A DNA stretch of 64,000 nt, taken from Candidatus Bathyarchaeota archaeon. GTDB taxonomy: Archaea; Thermoproteota; Bathyarchaeia; Bathyarchaeales; Bathycorpusculaceae. The notes beneath the pieces were generated by a model. It worked only from the letters and a program-made list of their open reading frames with translations, was not told where the DNA came from and did no database searches. Shown here one piece after another: positions 30,464-40,959 of the stretch; within the stretch, counting starts at the first letter, position 1, and each line of letters opens with the position of its first letter. Position numbers and translations under genes: made by a program. The DNA lies in contig CAWGYA010000005.1 of the NCBI GenBank assembly GCA_963826715.1, positions 96,001 to 160,000 on the forward strand, read 5' to 3'.

Positions 30464-30877
30464 TTGAAGCAAGAAGTAACAACAATAAAACAAACCATAA
30501 TCATCCCAAATGTGCCCCCAAAACAGGTCTACGATGTATATGTTGATCCCAAAAAACACAGTGAATTCACCGATAGCAAAGCGACAGGTAAACCAGTGGT
30601 CGGCGGCAAATACTCCTCTTGGGACGGCTACATTTTCGGTAAATACATACTTTTAGATGAAGGCAAGCGGGTGGTGCAAGATTGGACAACTACAGATTGG
30701 GAAGAAGGATACCATGCCTCAAAACTGGAGTTAACGTTCACACAGGTTCCTGAAGGTACAGAAATTGTAATGGTACACTCAGATGTTCCTCGTGCCCAAG
30801 CCGTAGAAGTTGAGCAGGGTTGGACAGAATATTACTGGAACCCCCTTAAAGAGTACTTCAGCAAAGCAAAACAGTAA
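30464..30877 (+). CDS. SRPBCC / activator of Hsp90 ATPase 1 (AHSA1)-like protein
   Basis: VGGKYSSWDGYIFG, VVQDW, GTEIVMVH, GWTEYYW. Confidence 0.88.
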   Translation: MKQEVTTIKQTIIIPNVPPKQVYDVYVDPKKHSEFTDSKATGKPVVGGKYSSWDGYIFGKYILLDEGKRVVQDWTTTDWEEGYHASKLELTFTQVPEGTEIVMVHSDVPRAQAVEVEQGWTEYYWNPLKEYFSKAKQ

Positions 30878-30879
30878 GG

Positions 30880-31107
30880 TTACTCATTAATTCTCTTGTT
30901 CGGTATTACGCCAATAATACTTTTCACAGTCTCTTCGCAGACTTCTGGTTTCCAATTGCAGATACCCTCAATTATCTCGTCGAGATAATGCGCCAATTCA
31001 TCACTTTTCACGTCTTTAGCGCAGTCAACTTTGAAGTCGATTTCTCCGTTCCTTCTACTTACCCTAATAGAAACTAATACTTCTTCTGCCATATTCGGGT
31101 GCCTCAT
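30880..31107 (-). CDS. Hypothetical protein
   Basis: 75-aa ORF convergent with the SRPBCC gene. Confidence 0.5.
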   Translation of the reverse strand: MRHPNMAEEVLVSIRVSRRNGEIDFKVDCAKDVKSDELAHYLDEIIEGICNWKPEVCEETVKSIIGVIPNKRINE

Positions 31108-31239
31108 CTGCTTATTTGAAATGCTTAAAATTTAAGGTTTTTTGATAACGCCGAAAGCATTCCTGTTCTTCAGGAAATCTAAACCTAACAACCTTTAAAT
31201 CGCAATTCAGCCAAACTAAAAAACCACTGGGTAAAGGCA

Positions 31240-32448
31240 ATGGATAAACTGAGCTCAGCACTATCAGCTACATTCCAAAAGTTTGTATCGCTGAGAATTC
31301 GCTACAAACTTATCATCATAACCCTTGCAGCCCTTCTGGTGTTTGTACTCTCTAAAGGTCCACCGCCTGGTCAGAACCACTTTGTCTATTTAGCTGACGC
31401 TTTTCTTCATGGGCAACTAGGGCTCTCAGGGGGCGGTACGGCTCTCGCTGAAATTATTCCCTATCACGGAAACTTTTATGTCGTTTACCCTCCAATGCCT
31501 GCTGTTTTGCTTTTACCATTTGTCGCGGTTTTCGGTACATCATTTGATCAGGGGATACTATCAATTCTGCTTGCAAGCCTAGCTGTTTCAGCTACGTGGC
31601 TGATGATTAAGAAAACTGTTACTAACCAAAACAAAGCTCTCTGGTTAACAGCCCTTTTTGGCTTCGGAACCTGCTTTTGGTACATTGCTTCAATCGGCTC
31701 AGCATGGTACATTGAGCATGTAGTCGCTGTATTGTTCCTCACATCAGCCATCATCTTATCCCTGTATAAGAAAAACAGCTTTCTCATCGGGTTAATGCTA
31801 GGTTGCGCAACACTTGCCCGTCTCCCCGTAGTCCTGTCTTTTCCTTTTTTTCTGCTTATGATTTATGGGCAACATTCTGAGTGGAAACAAAGACTGCGTC
31901 AGGCAGCCTATTTTCTATTAGGCTTAGCTATACTTGTAGGATTAAATGCGCTCTATAATTTCGCTCGCTATGGCGTTTTCACAGATATTGGTTACAGCCT
32001 CATACCTGGCATTCAAACTGACCCTTATTACGCTGAGGGTATCTTTAGTCTTAGTTATATTCCACGGCACATCTATGCCATTTTCTTCCAGGGGCCTATT
32101 CTTCTAGATAAGTTCCCATATTTTGAGCCCTCACTCATGGGTCTTGGTCTCTTCTTTACCACACCAGCCTTCATCTACATTTTCAAAGGTCCATGGAGTA
32201 ACCTCAGCAAAAAAGCAGCCCTATCAGTTGTGTGTATTTTGCCGATTTTAATCACTCATGGCACCGTAGGCTTTACCCAGTTTGGCTATCGCTTCAGCCT
32301 CGATTTCACACCGTTTCTGATGCTGCTAGTGGCCAAGGGCATGCGGGAAGATTTGGGTTGGTCTGAAAAGGTGTTGATTCTTCTGTGTTTGCTGGTTAAC
32401 CTTTGGGGAGTCGTTGCAATCATCGGTTTTGGCTTTTCTAGTTTCTAG
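31240..32448 (+). CDS. Polytopic membrane protein, GT-C glycosyltransferase-like
   Basis: LADAFLHG, YVVYPPMPAVL, NFARYG, FGYRFSLDF, about 11 TM helices. Confidence 0.7.
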   Translation: MDKLSSALSATFQKFVSLRIRYKLIIITLAALLVFVLSKGPPPGQNHFVYLADAFLHGQLGLSGGGTALAEIIPYHGNFYVVYPPMPAVLLLPFVAVFGTSFDQGILSILLASLAVSATWLMIKKTVTNQNKALWLTALFGFGTCFWYIASIGSAWYIEHVVAVLFLTSAIILSLYKKNSFLIGLMLGCATLARLPVVLSFPFFLLMIYGQHSEWKQRLRQAAYFLLGLAILVGLNALYNFARYGVFTDIGYSLIPGIQTDPYYAEGIFSLSYIPRHIYAIFFQGPILLDKFPYFEPSLMGLGLFFTTPAFIYIFKGPWSNLSKKAALSVVCILPILITHGTVGFTQFGYRFSLDFTPFLMLLVAKGMREDLGWSEKVLILLCLLVNLWGVVAIIGFGFSSF

Positions 32449-32529
32449 TTAAATGGTCAATCTACAGATAGCCAATTATGTGCTAATTTGGGTAAAAATC
32501 TGTAAGCTTCTGGGCTTAATTTTGAAAAA

Positions 32530-33126
32530 TTGTTTAATAAACGATCAGATACCTTGCAGTTGATAGGAGGTGTAAAAATAAACAAAAAAACTCTCGCAGT
32601 AAGTCTGATACTGCTGGCAACAGTTGCCGCAGTAATGGGTGCATTAGCAGCAACAACATTGGCATCAGCAGACACAAACTCCATTACAAAGGATAACGCA
32701 ATCGCACCTCAAACAACAATCCAAGACGAGAATAGTCCACAATCACTCAATGGAATCTTTATTTTGAATTCACAGGGATTCGGCGGACCACGTAACCGAC
32801 AATGTGAACCAAGACTTGGACCAGTAGGTGGCATGGGCGGCATAGACGTCAGCTCTGAATACACCGCAAACGTTAACACTATCTTAAACAGCGACACAGA
32901 TGTAGCAAACTTGATTTCACAAGGCTATAACGTGACAGCAATTCGTCCTATTGTTAAAACTGTACTTCAAGGTGACGGAACACTAATAACCCACGCAACA
33001 AGCGCCGTCGTGTTAATGATAAACGGTCCCTCAGGATACGCAACTGTCAACATTGATATCGCAAACTCGCATGTAACAACAATAACCACGGTAACCAGAA
33101 CTGTAATTGACAAATCTAGCAGCTAA
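32530..33126 (+). CDS. Secreted hypothetical protein
   Basis: Signal peptide NKKTLAVSLILLATVAAVMGALAA and a Gly-rich segment. Start codon uncertain. Confidence 0.7.
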   Translation: MFNKRSDTLQLIGGVKINKKTLAVSLILLATVAAVMGALAATTLASADTNSITKDNAIAPQTTIQDENSPQSLNGIFILNSQGFGGPRNRQCEPRLGPVGGMGGIDVSSEYTANVNTILNSDTDVANLISQGYNVTAIRPIVKTVLQGDGTLITHATSAVVLMINGPSGYATVNIDIANSHVTTITTVTRTVIDKSSS

Positions 33127-33480
33127 TATGCCAAAAACAAGACAACCAGAAAGCTCATTTCCTCTCCCATCTTTCAACTAGAAGGACAGCTGAAGTAGTT
33201 CTGGAGGAAAACTTATTTTTAGTTTAGTGTTTCCTTCTCAAATCCCTACCTCCAGACCTCACCTCAGTAATCCAGAGCATTTTTTTTGATTAAACTACAT
33301 AGGTAGCTCTCATAATCATCTGTTGTTTTTGGTAAATATGATTATAAATGCGAAACCAAATCTGTGTTTTAAAACAAATTTGGGTTAATTTAAAAATCTC
33401 AGTTTTGCACTGATGATACTTCTTTTTTTAGTTTCTTGGTTAAAACTAACCCACGGCGGTTTCAAATAATTTTTTATATT

Positions 33481-33525
33481 CAAGAGAAGAAGAAGGGCGG
33501 TGGGGGGGTTGTTTCTTCTTCTTTG
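33481..33525 (-). repeat. Intergenic inverted copy of the terminase-module hairpin motif (GAA arms, C7 loop)
   Basis: Reverse complement CAAAGAAGAAGAAACAACCCCCCCACCGCCCTTCTTCTTCTCTTG compared with 9639-9684 AAAGAAGAAGAAGAAGCAACCCCCCACCGAAGTCTTCTTCTTCTTT. Confidence 0.8.
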
Positions 33526-33616
33526 ACTTTTAATTTGTCAAAAGTAAAAAATTGAGGTTTTTTATTAAAATAAATATTTTAGTTATTTGTTTTTGAAAAA
33601 AAATTGTTGGAGGTGG

Positions 33617-33970
33617 CTAGACATATTTTTTGTCGTTGTAGCAATACCATCTTTGATATTGCGGTATCCAGGTGAGAGGCTTTTGGCATGTTGGGCAAAT
33701 CGGTTGAGTTGGTTGCTCAGTAACTTTTGCTTGTTGCTGGGGTACACTTTGGGCTTGGGCTGTTTTTAGGATGATGAAATCTGCCGCTGCCTGAACTTCT
33801 TCCCAAGAAACATTCTGTAATGAACCGTCTTTTTTCTCGACAGTTAAGGAAATGCCTGATTTGCCAATTGAAAAGGCTAGATCCTTAACTTTTCCAAGTA
33901 GCTGACCGTATGAATTGATAACCTGCATGCCAATTAACGCGTCTCTTGTTAACGGGTTTTCTGTTTCCAT
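33617..33970 (-). CDS. PRC-barrel domain protein with C-terminal zinc ribbon
   Basis: LIGMQVINSYGQLLGKVKDL (PRC barrel) and CPTCQKPLTWIPQYQRWYCYND. Confidence 0.85.
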   Translation of the reverse strand: METENPLTRDALIGMQVINSYGQLLGKVKDLAFSIGKSGISLTVEKKDGSLQNVSWEEVQAAADFIILKTAQAQSVPQQQAKVTEQPTQPICPTCQKPLTWIPQYQRWYCYNDKKYV

Positions 33971-34326
33971 TTATTTTCATCCTCCAATGTTCATTGTTTA
34001 TGAAGCTTAAAAATTTTATTACCCTTCAAAAAGCAGAAGGCATAGCTTCAGACAAAACTACTATTATTTATTTGACTCTGTTCAACTGAAGTTGAGCTGA
34101 GTAATTCACTTGTTTTCGGATACAGTGAATCTTTGCTATTTGATTTTGTAAACAACCCTATTTTTATTGGCTGCCGAAGAATAATTCATATGTTTTGCTT
34201 TCAAATTGATAGTAAATATGCTATAAATATTTGTAATTATTGATCCAAATATAAAATTATAAATACATCTAGCTCTCAAATAATGAGATTGCACTTTATG
34301 TGCTATAATATTCAGGAAGAAAAATC

Positions 34327-36897
34327 TTGAAAACAATAAAAAAAGTAATATCTTGTGCAATTCTATTTGTTCTACTATCATCTCTACTGACTGTATTTAA
34401 TATAACCGCTGCTCAAACAACAGACTCACTTGAGACCTATCCATATATCGGCGCTGTACCCAACCCAGTTGGTATTGGTCAAGAAGTGTTGCTTCACGTA
34501 GGCATTACGCAACAACTATCATTTTCCACGGAAGGCTGGACAGGCTTAACCATAACTGTCACTGATCCTGATAATAAAACAAACACTTTGGGACCATTTA
34601 CCACTGATTCAACCGGCGGAACAGGCACTGTTTTTATCCCAGATAAAATAGGTACTTATTACCTGCAAACTAACTTCCCGGAACAAAAAACCCCCAGTGA
34701 AATTAGAGCTTTTGCTGGAATCTCAATACCTGCTGGCACCACAATGAAAGCAAGCGATAGCGAAAAATTACCCCTCGTCGTTCAAGACACACCCATTCAA
34801 TATTACCCCAATTTACCCCTACCATCTGAATACTGGTCACGTCCCATAGATGCACAGATCAGGGAATGGTACACCATCGCAGGAAACTGGCTTACAACTC
34901 CCCCTAACTTCTATGCTCCATATAATGATGATGCACCTGAAAGCTCACATGTGCTTTGGACTCAACCCTTCACTTCAGGCGGAATGGTCGGTGGCACCTT
35001 AGGAAATCCCTATGACGACGAAGCAATGGGCTACCATTCATATGAAATGGGAGATGCATACGAAGGAAAATGGACTGGATCAATAATTATGGGTGGAAAA
35101 CTGTACTACCAAAAATACGCAAATCCTGATCAATTCAAAGAAATAGTTTGTGTAGATCTACACACAGGCGAGCAATTATGGTCAAAATCGCTATTGAACA
35201 ATTTAACCATTACCCGCGGACAATTAATGTATTGGGACACGTATGACTATCACGGAGTTTATGATTACATTTGGGCCACAGCCAATGCACAAACGCGAGA
35301 CTTACTAGGGCTACCATCTTCAGCAGGCACTACATGGTGTGCATTTGACCCATACACTGGAGACTTCGTATATGCACTATATGGAATTCCCTCAGGAACA
35401 ACAACATATGGTCCAAAAGGCGAAATCCTTGTTTATACTTTAGACCAAAACCGCGGTTTAATGACACTTTGGAACTCAAGCAACATACCCCAACTATACG
35501 CAAGCACCCAATACGCCTCAATGGGCTGGGGAGAGTGGCGCCCTATGGGCAAAATCCAAAATGCTACCGAATCAATTACATCACCGACAACACCTACAGG
35601 CTTAGCTGGATATACTTGGAATAAGACTATCGACACATCTCTACCCGGAAGTGTCCGTGCTGTCTTTCCCGGTGACAAAGTGGTTGGGTCATTCTACAAC
35701 TCAACACAAGTTACCGTTTGGGCTTTAAGTCTAAAATCTGGCCAAGAAGGCACGCTTCTCTACAAAAGTACTTGGAATGCCCCTTCGGAATGGACAACAG
35801 GAAACCAATACATAAGTTCTGGAGCTGTAAGTTCAGACGATAACCTCTACGTACTTTGGTCAAAAGAGGCACGGAAATACTACGGGTTTAGCACTGAAAC
35901 TGGAAAGTACCTGTGGACAACAGCTGAATCGGAATATTATTTGCAGTCTTATGTTTCTACTGTCAACGCAATTGCTAATGGCAAACTATTCTCTACAGGT
36001 GCAAGCGGCATAGTTTACTGTTATAACGCAGCAACAGGAGAGCGCCTTTGGGCATACGAAGCAACTGATGAGTATTCTGAAATCTTGTGGGCCAATCAGT
36101 GGTGGAACCGCATTCAATTCATCACAGACGACAAAATCTATGTTGGTCATGAAGAACACTCACCTATTGATCCAAGACCACGCGGTGGACCCTACATCTG
36201 TCTAAACGCAACTACTGGAGAGGTCATCTGGAGAGCTGACGGATTATTCCGACAAACCCATTGGGGTGGACGATCAATAATCGGTGATAGCATAATTGCA
36301 GGTCAAGATACCTACAGCCAAAGAGTATTTGCGATAGGAAAAGGTCCTAGCGCTCTAACAATCAACACACCCGACGTCTCAATTGAACAAGGTAAATCAG
36401 TGATCGTAAAAGGAATGATAACAGACATCTCTCCTGGAACCAACACCTATGAAGTGAGTGCACGATTCCCAAGTGGCGTACCAGCTGTCTCAGATGAAAG
36501 CATGAATGACTGGATGCTCTATGTCTACAAACAATTCCCAAGACCAAGCGACACCACTGGACTCGAGATAACCTTGAGTGTAGTAGACGCAAACGGTAAC
36601 TATCGAGATATCGGAACAACTAATAGCGATGCAGATGGCTTCTATAGCTTCTCTTGGCAACCGGACATCGATGGCAAATACACAGTATATGCCTCATTTG
36701 GTGGTAGTGCATCTTACTATCCTTCACATGCAGTATCTGCTTTCTTAATTGACCTACCAACACAAACACCAGCTCAAACAGCAGATCCTCAGCAGTTGGT
36801 CTCTGAAATGTACTTTATTCCGGCAGTTATAGCTATTATAATCGCAATAATTGTTGGCTTTGCTCTGACAATACTAGTACTAAGAAAGCGCCAATAA
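34327..36897 (+). CDS. PQQ-binding-like beta-propeller repeat surface protein with C-terminal membrane anchor
   Basis: Signal peptide, repeated 'CVDLHTGEQLW', 'FSTETGKYLW', 'YNAATGERLW', 'LNATTGEVIW', Ig-like ends, C-terminal TM. Confidence 0.85.
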   Translation: MKTIKKVISCAILFVLLSSLLTVFNITAAQTTDSLETYPYIGAVPNPVGIGQEVLLHVGITQQLSFSTEGWTGLTITVTDPDNKTNTLGPFTTDSTGGTGTVFIPDKIGTYYLQTNFPEQKTPSEIRAFAGISIPAGTTMKASDSEKLPLVVQDTPIQYYPNLPLPSEYWSRPIDAQIREWYTIAGNWLTTPPNFYAPYNDDAPESSHVLWTQPFTSGGMVGGTLGNPYDDEAMGYHSYEMGDAYEGKWTGSIIMGGKLYYQKYANPDQFKEIVCVDLHTGEQLWSKSLLNNLTITRGQLMYWDTYDYHGVYDYIWATANAQTRDLLGLPSSAGTTWCAFDPYTGDFVYALYGIPSGTTTYGPKGEILVYTLDQNRGLMTLWNSSNIPQLYASTQYASMGWGEWRPMGKIQNATESITSPTTPTGLAGYTWNKTIDTSLPGSVRAVFPGDKVVGSFYNSTQVTVWALSLKSGQEGTLLYKSTWNAPSEWTTGNQYISSGAVSSDDNLYVLWSKEARKYYGFSTETGKYLWTTAESEYYLQSYVSTVNAIANGKLFSTGASGIVYCYNAATGERLWAYEATDEYSEILWANQWWNRIQFITDDKIYVGHEEHSPIDPRPRGGPYICLNATTGEVIWRADGLFRQTHWGGRSIIGDSIIAGQDTYSQRVFAIGKGPSALTINTPDVSIEQGKSVIVKGMITDISPGTNTYEVSARFPSGVPAVSDESMNDWMLYVYKQFPRPSDTTGLEITLSVVDANGNYRDIGTTNSDADGFYSFSWQPDIDGKYTVYASFGGSASYYPSHAVSAFLIDLPTQTPAQTADPQQLVSEMYFIPAVIAIIIAIIVGFALTILVLRKRQ

Positions 36898-37075
36898 GAA
36901 ACCAAACCTTCCATTTTCTTTTTTTATTAATAATTTTTTAATATATCTTGGCAGTTTTTTTTATCATTTCTAATATTGAAGACTTGATCAGAGGCTACCT
37001 TAATTTAGAAATATTTTCAGAACAAGTTTTATTTGAAGACTCACATCTTCTCCTTAAAGTTGTTAAGAGCAAGAG

Positions 37076-38560
37076 ATGACCCACTTGGGCGGCAGATTTG
37101 ACGTATTAATAATAGGCGCAGGCGTGATTGGTTGTGCCATAGCGCGGGAACTGGCAAAATTCAAAATTAACGTTGTGCTTTTGGAAAAGGAGAGCGATGT
37201 TGCATCTGGCGTTAGTAAAGGTAACAGTGGCGTGCTTCACACAGGGCTTTATTATCCCAAAGGGAGCTTGAAGGCTAAACTGTGTGTTGAAGGACGCTTA
37301 ATGTTTCCAGAGTTGGCGAAACAACTTGGTGTTCCCTTTAAGCTCTGTGGGAAACATGTGATTGCTCGTACAGACGCGGAACTCAAAGACTTGGAAGCGT
37401 TAAAAGCCGTTGGAGAAGCAAACGGCGTGAAAGGATTAACGATAATCTCTGGGGAAGAACTTAAAAAGAAAGAACCCAACTTGGATGCCCTCTATGCTTT
37501 ATATTCTCCTGTAGCTGGAATTGTTCCCCCTTCGCTTTTTACCATTGCTTTGGCTGAAAATGCTTTAAACAATGGTGTGAAAGTTCACGTCAACACCCAA
37601 GTGTCAGCAATAAGGCAAGTAAGCAACGGTTATGAAATTACAACAAATCAGGGAGCTTTCCAGGCAGATCTCGTCGTGAATAGTGCTGGGCTCTTTGCAG
37701 ATCGAATCTCTGCTATGATAGGTGTTGATAGTTACAAACTCTATCCTTGTAGAGGCGAATATCTTATTCTTGAAAAGAATTGTCGCGACTTAATCAACAG
37801 TATGGTCTATCCTGTCCCACCAAAAATTGCAGGAGTCCTGGGTGTTCATCTTACGCCCACGTTAGATGGAAACATATTGATTGGACCAAGCGAAGAATTC
37901 ATCGATGATCGAGAAGACACAAGAACGACCAAAGAAAAAATTATACAATTAGTTGAGGGCGCTAAGAATCTTTTGCCATCTATTCCCTTAAACCAAGTTA
38001 TATACGGGTTTTCTGCAGTGAGATCCAAGATTACTTCACCAGAAGAGAAGGGATCCCGTGACTTCATTATTCGAGAAGACGCTGAGAACTTTATCAACAT
38101 GATAGGGATGGAATCCCCTGGTCTCACATCCTCGCCTGCCATTTCAAAATTGATTGTTCAGATGATTAAAGAGAAGACGGATATGGAAGAAAAAACAAAT
38201 TTTAATCCTATTCGTAAACGCACAATCCCGTTTAGTGAAGCATCAAGAACAACGCAATCTTCTCTAATTAAAGCAAATCCTGCATATGGTGAAATCGTTT
38301 GCAGATGCGAACATGTGTCCAAACTGGAAATTATCGAAGCGCTAAATAACCCAATTTCAGAAAAAACCATCTCAGCCGTCAAATATCGTACCCGCGCCGG
38401 CATGGGCAGATGCCATGGAGGTTTTTGCTTACCAAAAATTGTGGAGATTCTTCACGAAGAATATGGACTATCCCCTGAAGAAATCAAGCTGAAAAATGCC
38501 GATTCGCCATTGTTCTTAGGTAAAACTAAAGATTTGAGGGAGAGTAAAAAAAATGAGTGA
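37076..38560 (+). CDS. FAD-dependent oxidoreductase (GlpA/LhgO-like) with C-terminal BFD-like [2Fe-2S] domain
   Basis: IIGAGVIG, SKGNSGVLH, ESPGLTSSPAI, VCRCE...RTRAGMGRCHGGFC. Confidence 0.9.
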   Translation: MTHLGGRFDVLIIGAGVIGCAIARELAKFKINVVLLEKESDVASGVSKGNSGVLHTGLYYPKGSLKAKLCVEGRLMFPELAKQLGVPFKLCGKHVIARTDAELKDLEALKAVGEANGVKGLTIISGEELKKKEPNLDALYALYSPVAGIVPPSLFTIALAENALNNGVKVHVNTQVSAIRQVSNGYEITTNQGAFQADLVVNSAGLFADRISAMIGVDSYKLYPCRGEYLILEKNCRDLINSMVYPVPPKIAGVLGVHLTPTLDGNILIGPSEEFIDDREDTRTTKEKIIQLVEGAKNLLPSIPLNQVIYGFSAVRSKITSPEEKGSRDFIIREDAENFINMIGMESPGLTSSPAISKLIVQMIKEKTDMEEKTNFNPIRKRTIPFSEASRTTQSSLIKANPAYGEIVCRCEHVSKLEIIEALNNPISEKTISAVKYRTRAGMGRCHGGFCLPKIVEILHEEYGLSPEEIKLKNADSPLFLGKTKDLRESKKNE

Positions 38561-39806
38561 TTTAAAGTCTCAAGATATTGATTTGGTTGTGATAGGTGCT
38601 GGACCTGCAGGTCTATCTGCAGCCATAAGTGCAAAGAAAAATGGCATTCAAAACGTAGCAATTATTGAAAGGAACAATTGGCTTGGTGGAATTCTTCCTC
38701 AATGCATACATGATGGTTTCGGACTTGGACTCTTTAAAAAACAAATGACTGGTCCGGAATACGCTCAAAAATTTATCAACAAACTAAAAAGATTAAAAAT
38801 TCCAATTTTGCTTAACAGTATGGTCCTTGAGGTTACGCCTGAAAAGAAGGTATTTGTTGCTAGTCCTAAGGGTCTGTTTTGTTTTGATGCCAAAGCTATA
38901 GTTCTTGCAATGGGCTGTCGCGAACGAACCCGCGGGCAGATTTGCATCCCAGGAACAAGACCTGCAGGAGTATATACTGCTGGCGTAGCCCAGAACCTCA
39001 TCAACCTGAAGAATATGATGGTTGGCAAAGATGTCGTTATTCTCGGTTCTGGGGACGTTGGTTTGATTATGGCTCGTCGGCTAATTCTAGAAGGCGCCAA
39101 AGTCCACGCCGTAGTGGAAATTCTTCCTCATGCTAATGGTTTGCCTCGAAACATTCAGCAGTGCCTAATTGACTATGATATTCCTCTTGTTCTCTCACAC
39201 ACAGTTACTGAAATCCATGGCCAGAATAGGGTTGAAGCAGTCACGATCTCTCCAGTAGATAAGGATTTAAAACCCATCAAAGGAAAAGAACAAAAAATTG
39301 CCTGTGATACTCTCCTTCTCTCCATAGGTTTGATCCCAGAAAATGATCTGTCGAAAAATTGTGGTGTGGTCCTCAGTCAAATAACTGGAGGTCCAGTAGT
39401 GGATGATACTCTTGAAACTTCTGTGTCTGGTGTTTTTGCGTGTGGAAACGCTCTCCATGTTCATGATGTAGTGGATTTTGTTACTCTTGAAGCTGAGGTG
39501 GCGGGAAAAAGGGCGGCGGAATATGTTCTTGGAAAAATTCGAAAGATGGATCGAATCCCCGTTGCAGTAGGCAATAAAATCAGATACGTTTTGCCACAAA
39601 GCATTCATTGTGGAGTTGACTGTGACTTGTCGATTCGTGTAAACATCCCTGGCGAAGATGTGACGGTTGGGTTCTTTGATTGTGAAAAACTGATAAAGAC
39701 AAAAAAGTTACGTAAGGTTCATCCAGCTCAAATGATTAAGATAAAGCTAAAGGGAAACGAAACCAGCACTATTAACTCAATTAAAGTAGAGGTTCTGAAA
39801 AAATGA
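38553..39806 (+). CDS. FAD/NAD(P) pyridine nucleotide-disulfide oxidoreductase
   Basis: VIGAGPAGL, GGILPQCIHDGFG, ILGSGDVG, GVFACGN. Confidence 0.9.
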   Translation: MSDLKSQDIDLVVIGAGPAGLSAAISAKKNGIQNVAIIERNNWLGGILPQCIHDGFGLGLFKKQMTGPEYAQKFINKLKRLKIPILLNSMVLEVTPEKKVFVASPKGLFCFDAKAIVLAMGCRERTRGQICIPGTRPAGVYTAGVAQNLINLKNMMVGKDVVILGSGDVGLIMARRLILEGAKVHAVVEILPHANGLPRNIQQCLIDYDIPLVLSHTVTEIHGQNRVEAVTISPVDKDLKPIKGKEQKIACDTLLLSIGLIPENDLSKNCGVVLSQITGGPVVDDTLETSVSGVFACGNALHVHDVVDFVTLEAEVAGKRAAEYVLGKIRKMDRIPVAVGNKIRYVLPQSIHCGVDCDLSIRVNIPGEDVTVGFFDCEKLIKTKKLRKVHPAQMIKIKLKGNETSTINSIKVEVLKK

Positions 39807-40171
39807 AAAAGGAACTGATCTGCATTGGTTGCCCCATGGGGTGTTATCTAAATGTTGATTATGTTGGGTCAAAAATAAATAATTTTAGTGGAAACCGCTG
39901 CAAATTTGGATTAAAATACGCAGAGAAGGAGATTTCCAATCCAGAAAGAACCTTGACAACAACTGTGAAAGTGAAACATGGCTATCTTCCTTTGGTTAGT
40001 GTGAGAACAAATAAACCAATGCCGAAAAGCAGAATCTTCGACGCTATGACTTTACTGGCAAAAGTTGAAGTAGAGGCACCAATAAAAATTGGAGATACCA
40101 TTATCCAAAATATCTTTGATACAGGCGTAGATGTAGTTTCTACAAAGAACGTTTCAAAAAAGACGCGCTAA
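39803..40171 (+). CDS. DUF1667 / CxxC metal-binding protein (third gene of the GlpA-like trio)
   Basis: CIGCPMGC...GNRC...PERTLTTTV. Overlapping operon arrangement. Confidence 0.85.
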   Translation: MKKELICIGCPMGCYLNVDYVGSKINNFSGNRCKFGLKYAEKEISNPERTLTTTVKVKHGYLPLVSVRTNKPMPKSRIFDAMTLLAKVEVEAPIKIGDTIIQNIFDTGVDVVSTKNVSKKTR

Positions 40172-40293
40172 CACATTTTGGTAGCAGCATTGATAAGTTG
40201 AAGTATCCTGCGAATTGAACTCAAAAATGTGGAGATGCCTTCCGCAATTTCATCTTTTAATTATTGGGTTTTTTGAACAAAAAAAGAAGAGGG

Positions 40294-40467
40294 TTAGAGT
40301 TTTTCAGGGGCGCAGAGATTTTCTCCTTTGGCAGCTGTTCGCATACACCCTTTACAGATGTATTTTGCATCTTTCACAAGTGGCTTTATCTTCTCTATAG
40401 ATACTTTGTCCTCTACCATTTTGCAGAGGTGATTTTCATGTCCAGGATGAGGTTGAGCTTTCGACAA
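40294..40467 (-). CDS. Small Cys/His metal-binding protein (57 aa; not in ORF track)
   Basis: Manual translation MSKAQPHPGHENHLCKMVEDKVSIEKIKPLVKDAKYICKGCMRTAAKGENLCAPEKL, with GGTG upstream of the TTG. Confidence 0.7.
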   Translation of the reverse strand: MSKAQPHPGHENHLCKMVEDKVSIEKIKPLVKDAKYICKGCMRTAAKGENLCAPEKL

Positions 40468-40959
40468 AACATAACACCTAAGCTATTGGGGGCTATAATG
40501 TTAAATATACTATTGTGATTGTGCCCTCACAGTAACAAAATAGAATGCTATTTTCAAAGCTTTACTATCTTTCGAAATTTTATTTAAAAGAGAAATGAGG
40601 CTATTTTACCATACTTATGCAACAAATAATGTTGCAAAAGTGGAAAACCAAATAAAGGGTACATTTTCAATTAAAATGTATGGTAAAAAAGTTTTAAAAC
40701 TTTTGATTTTGCGACAATTTTTAGGGAAAGCGATTTAACCATAATTTGAGCTTTATTTGCAAAACAAACAAAAATAAGAAAAAATAGTAAAAAAGAATTG
40801 AAAAGTTACCCCTCATTTAGGGTACAATTTGTAAAACCTAAGGTTCTGATTGGTTAAATTATTGCCATTTTTTCCATTAATTTTAGAGTGAGTTTACAAA
40901 TATGATTGACCAAGAAGAGATACAGCGTTAAGGTAAAATCTTAGTTAGTTTTCTCATAT

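Noticed and set aside
33190-33215. GTTCTGGAGGAAAAC as an ORB (origin recognition box)
   Set aside because: Only a partial match to ORB consensus, a single copy, and no cdc6/orc1 gene nearby, so an origin cannot be called.
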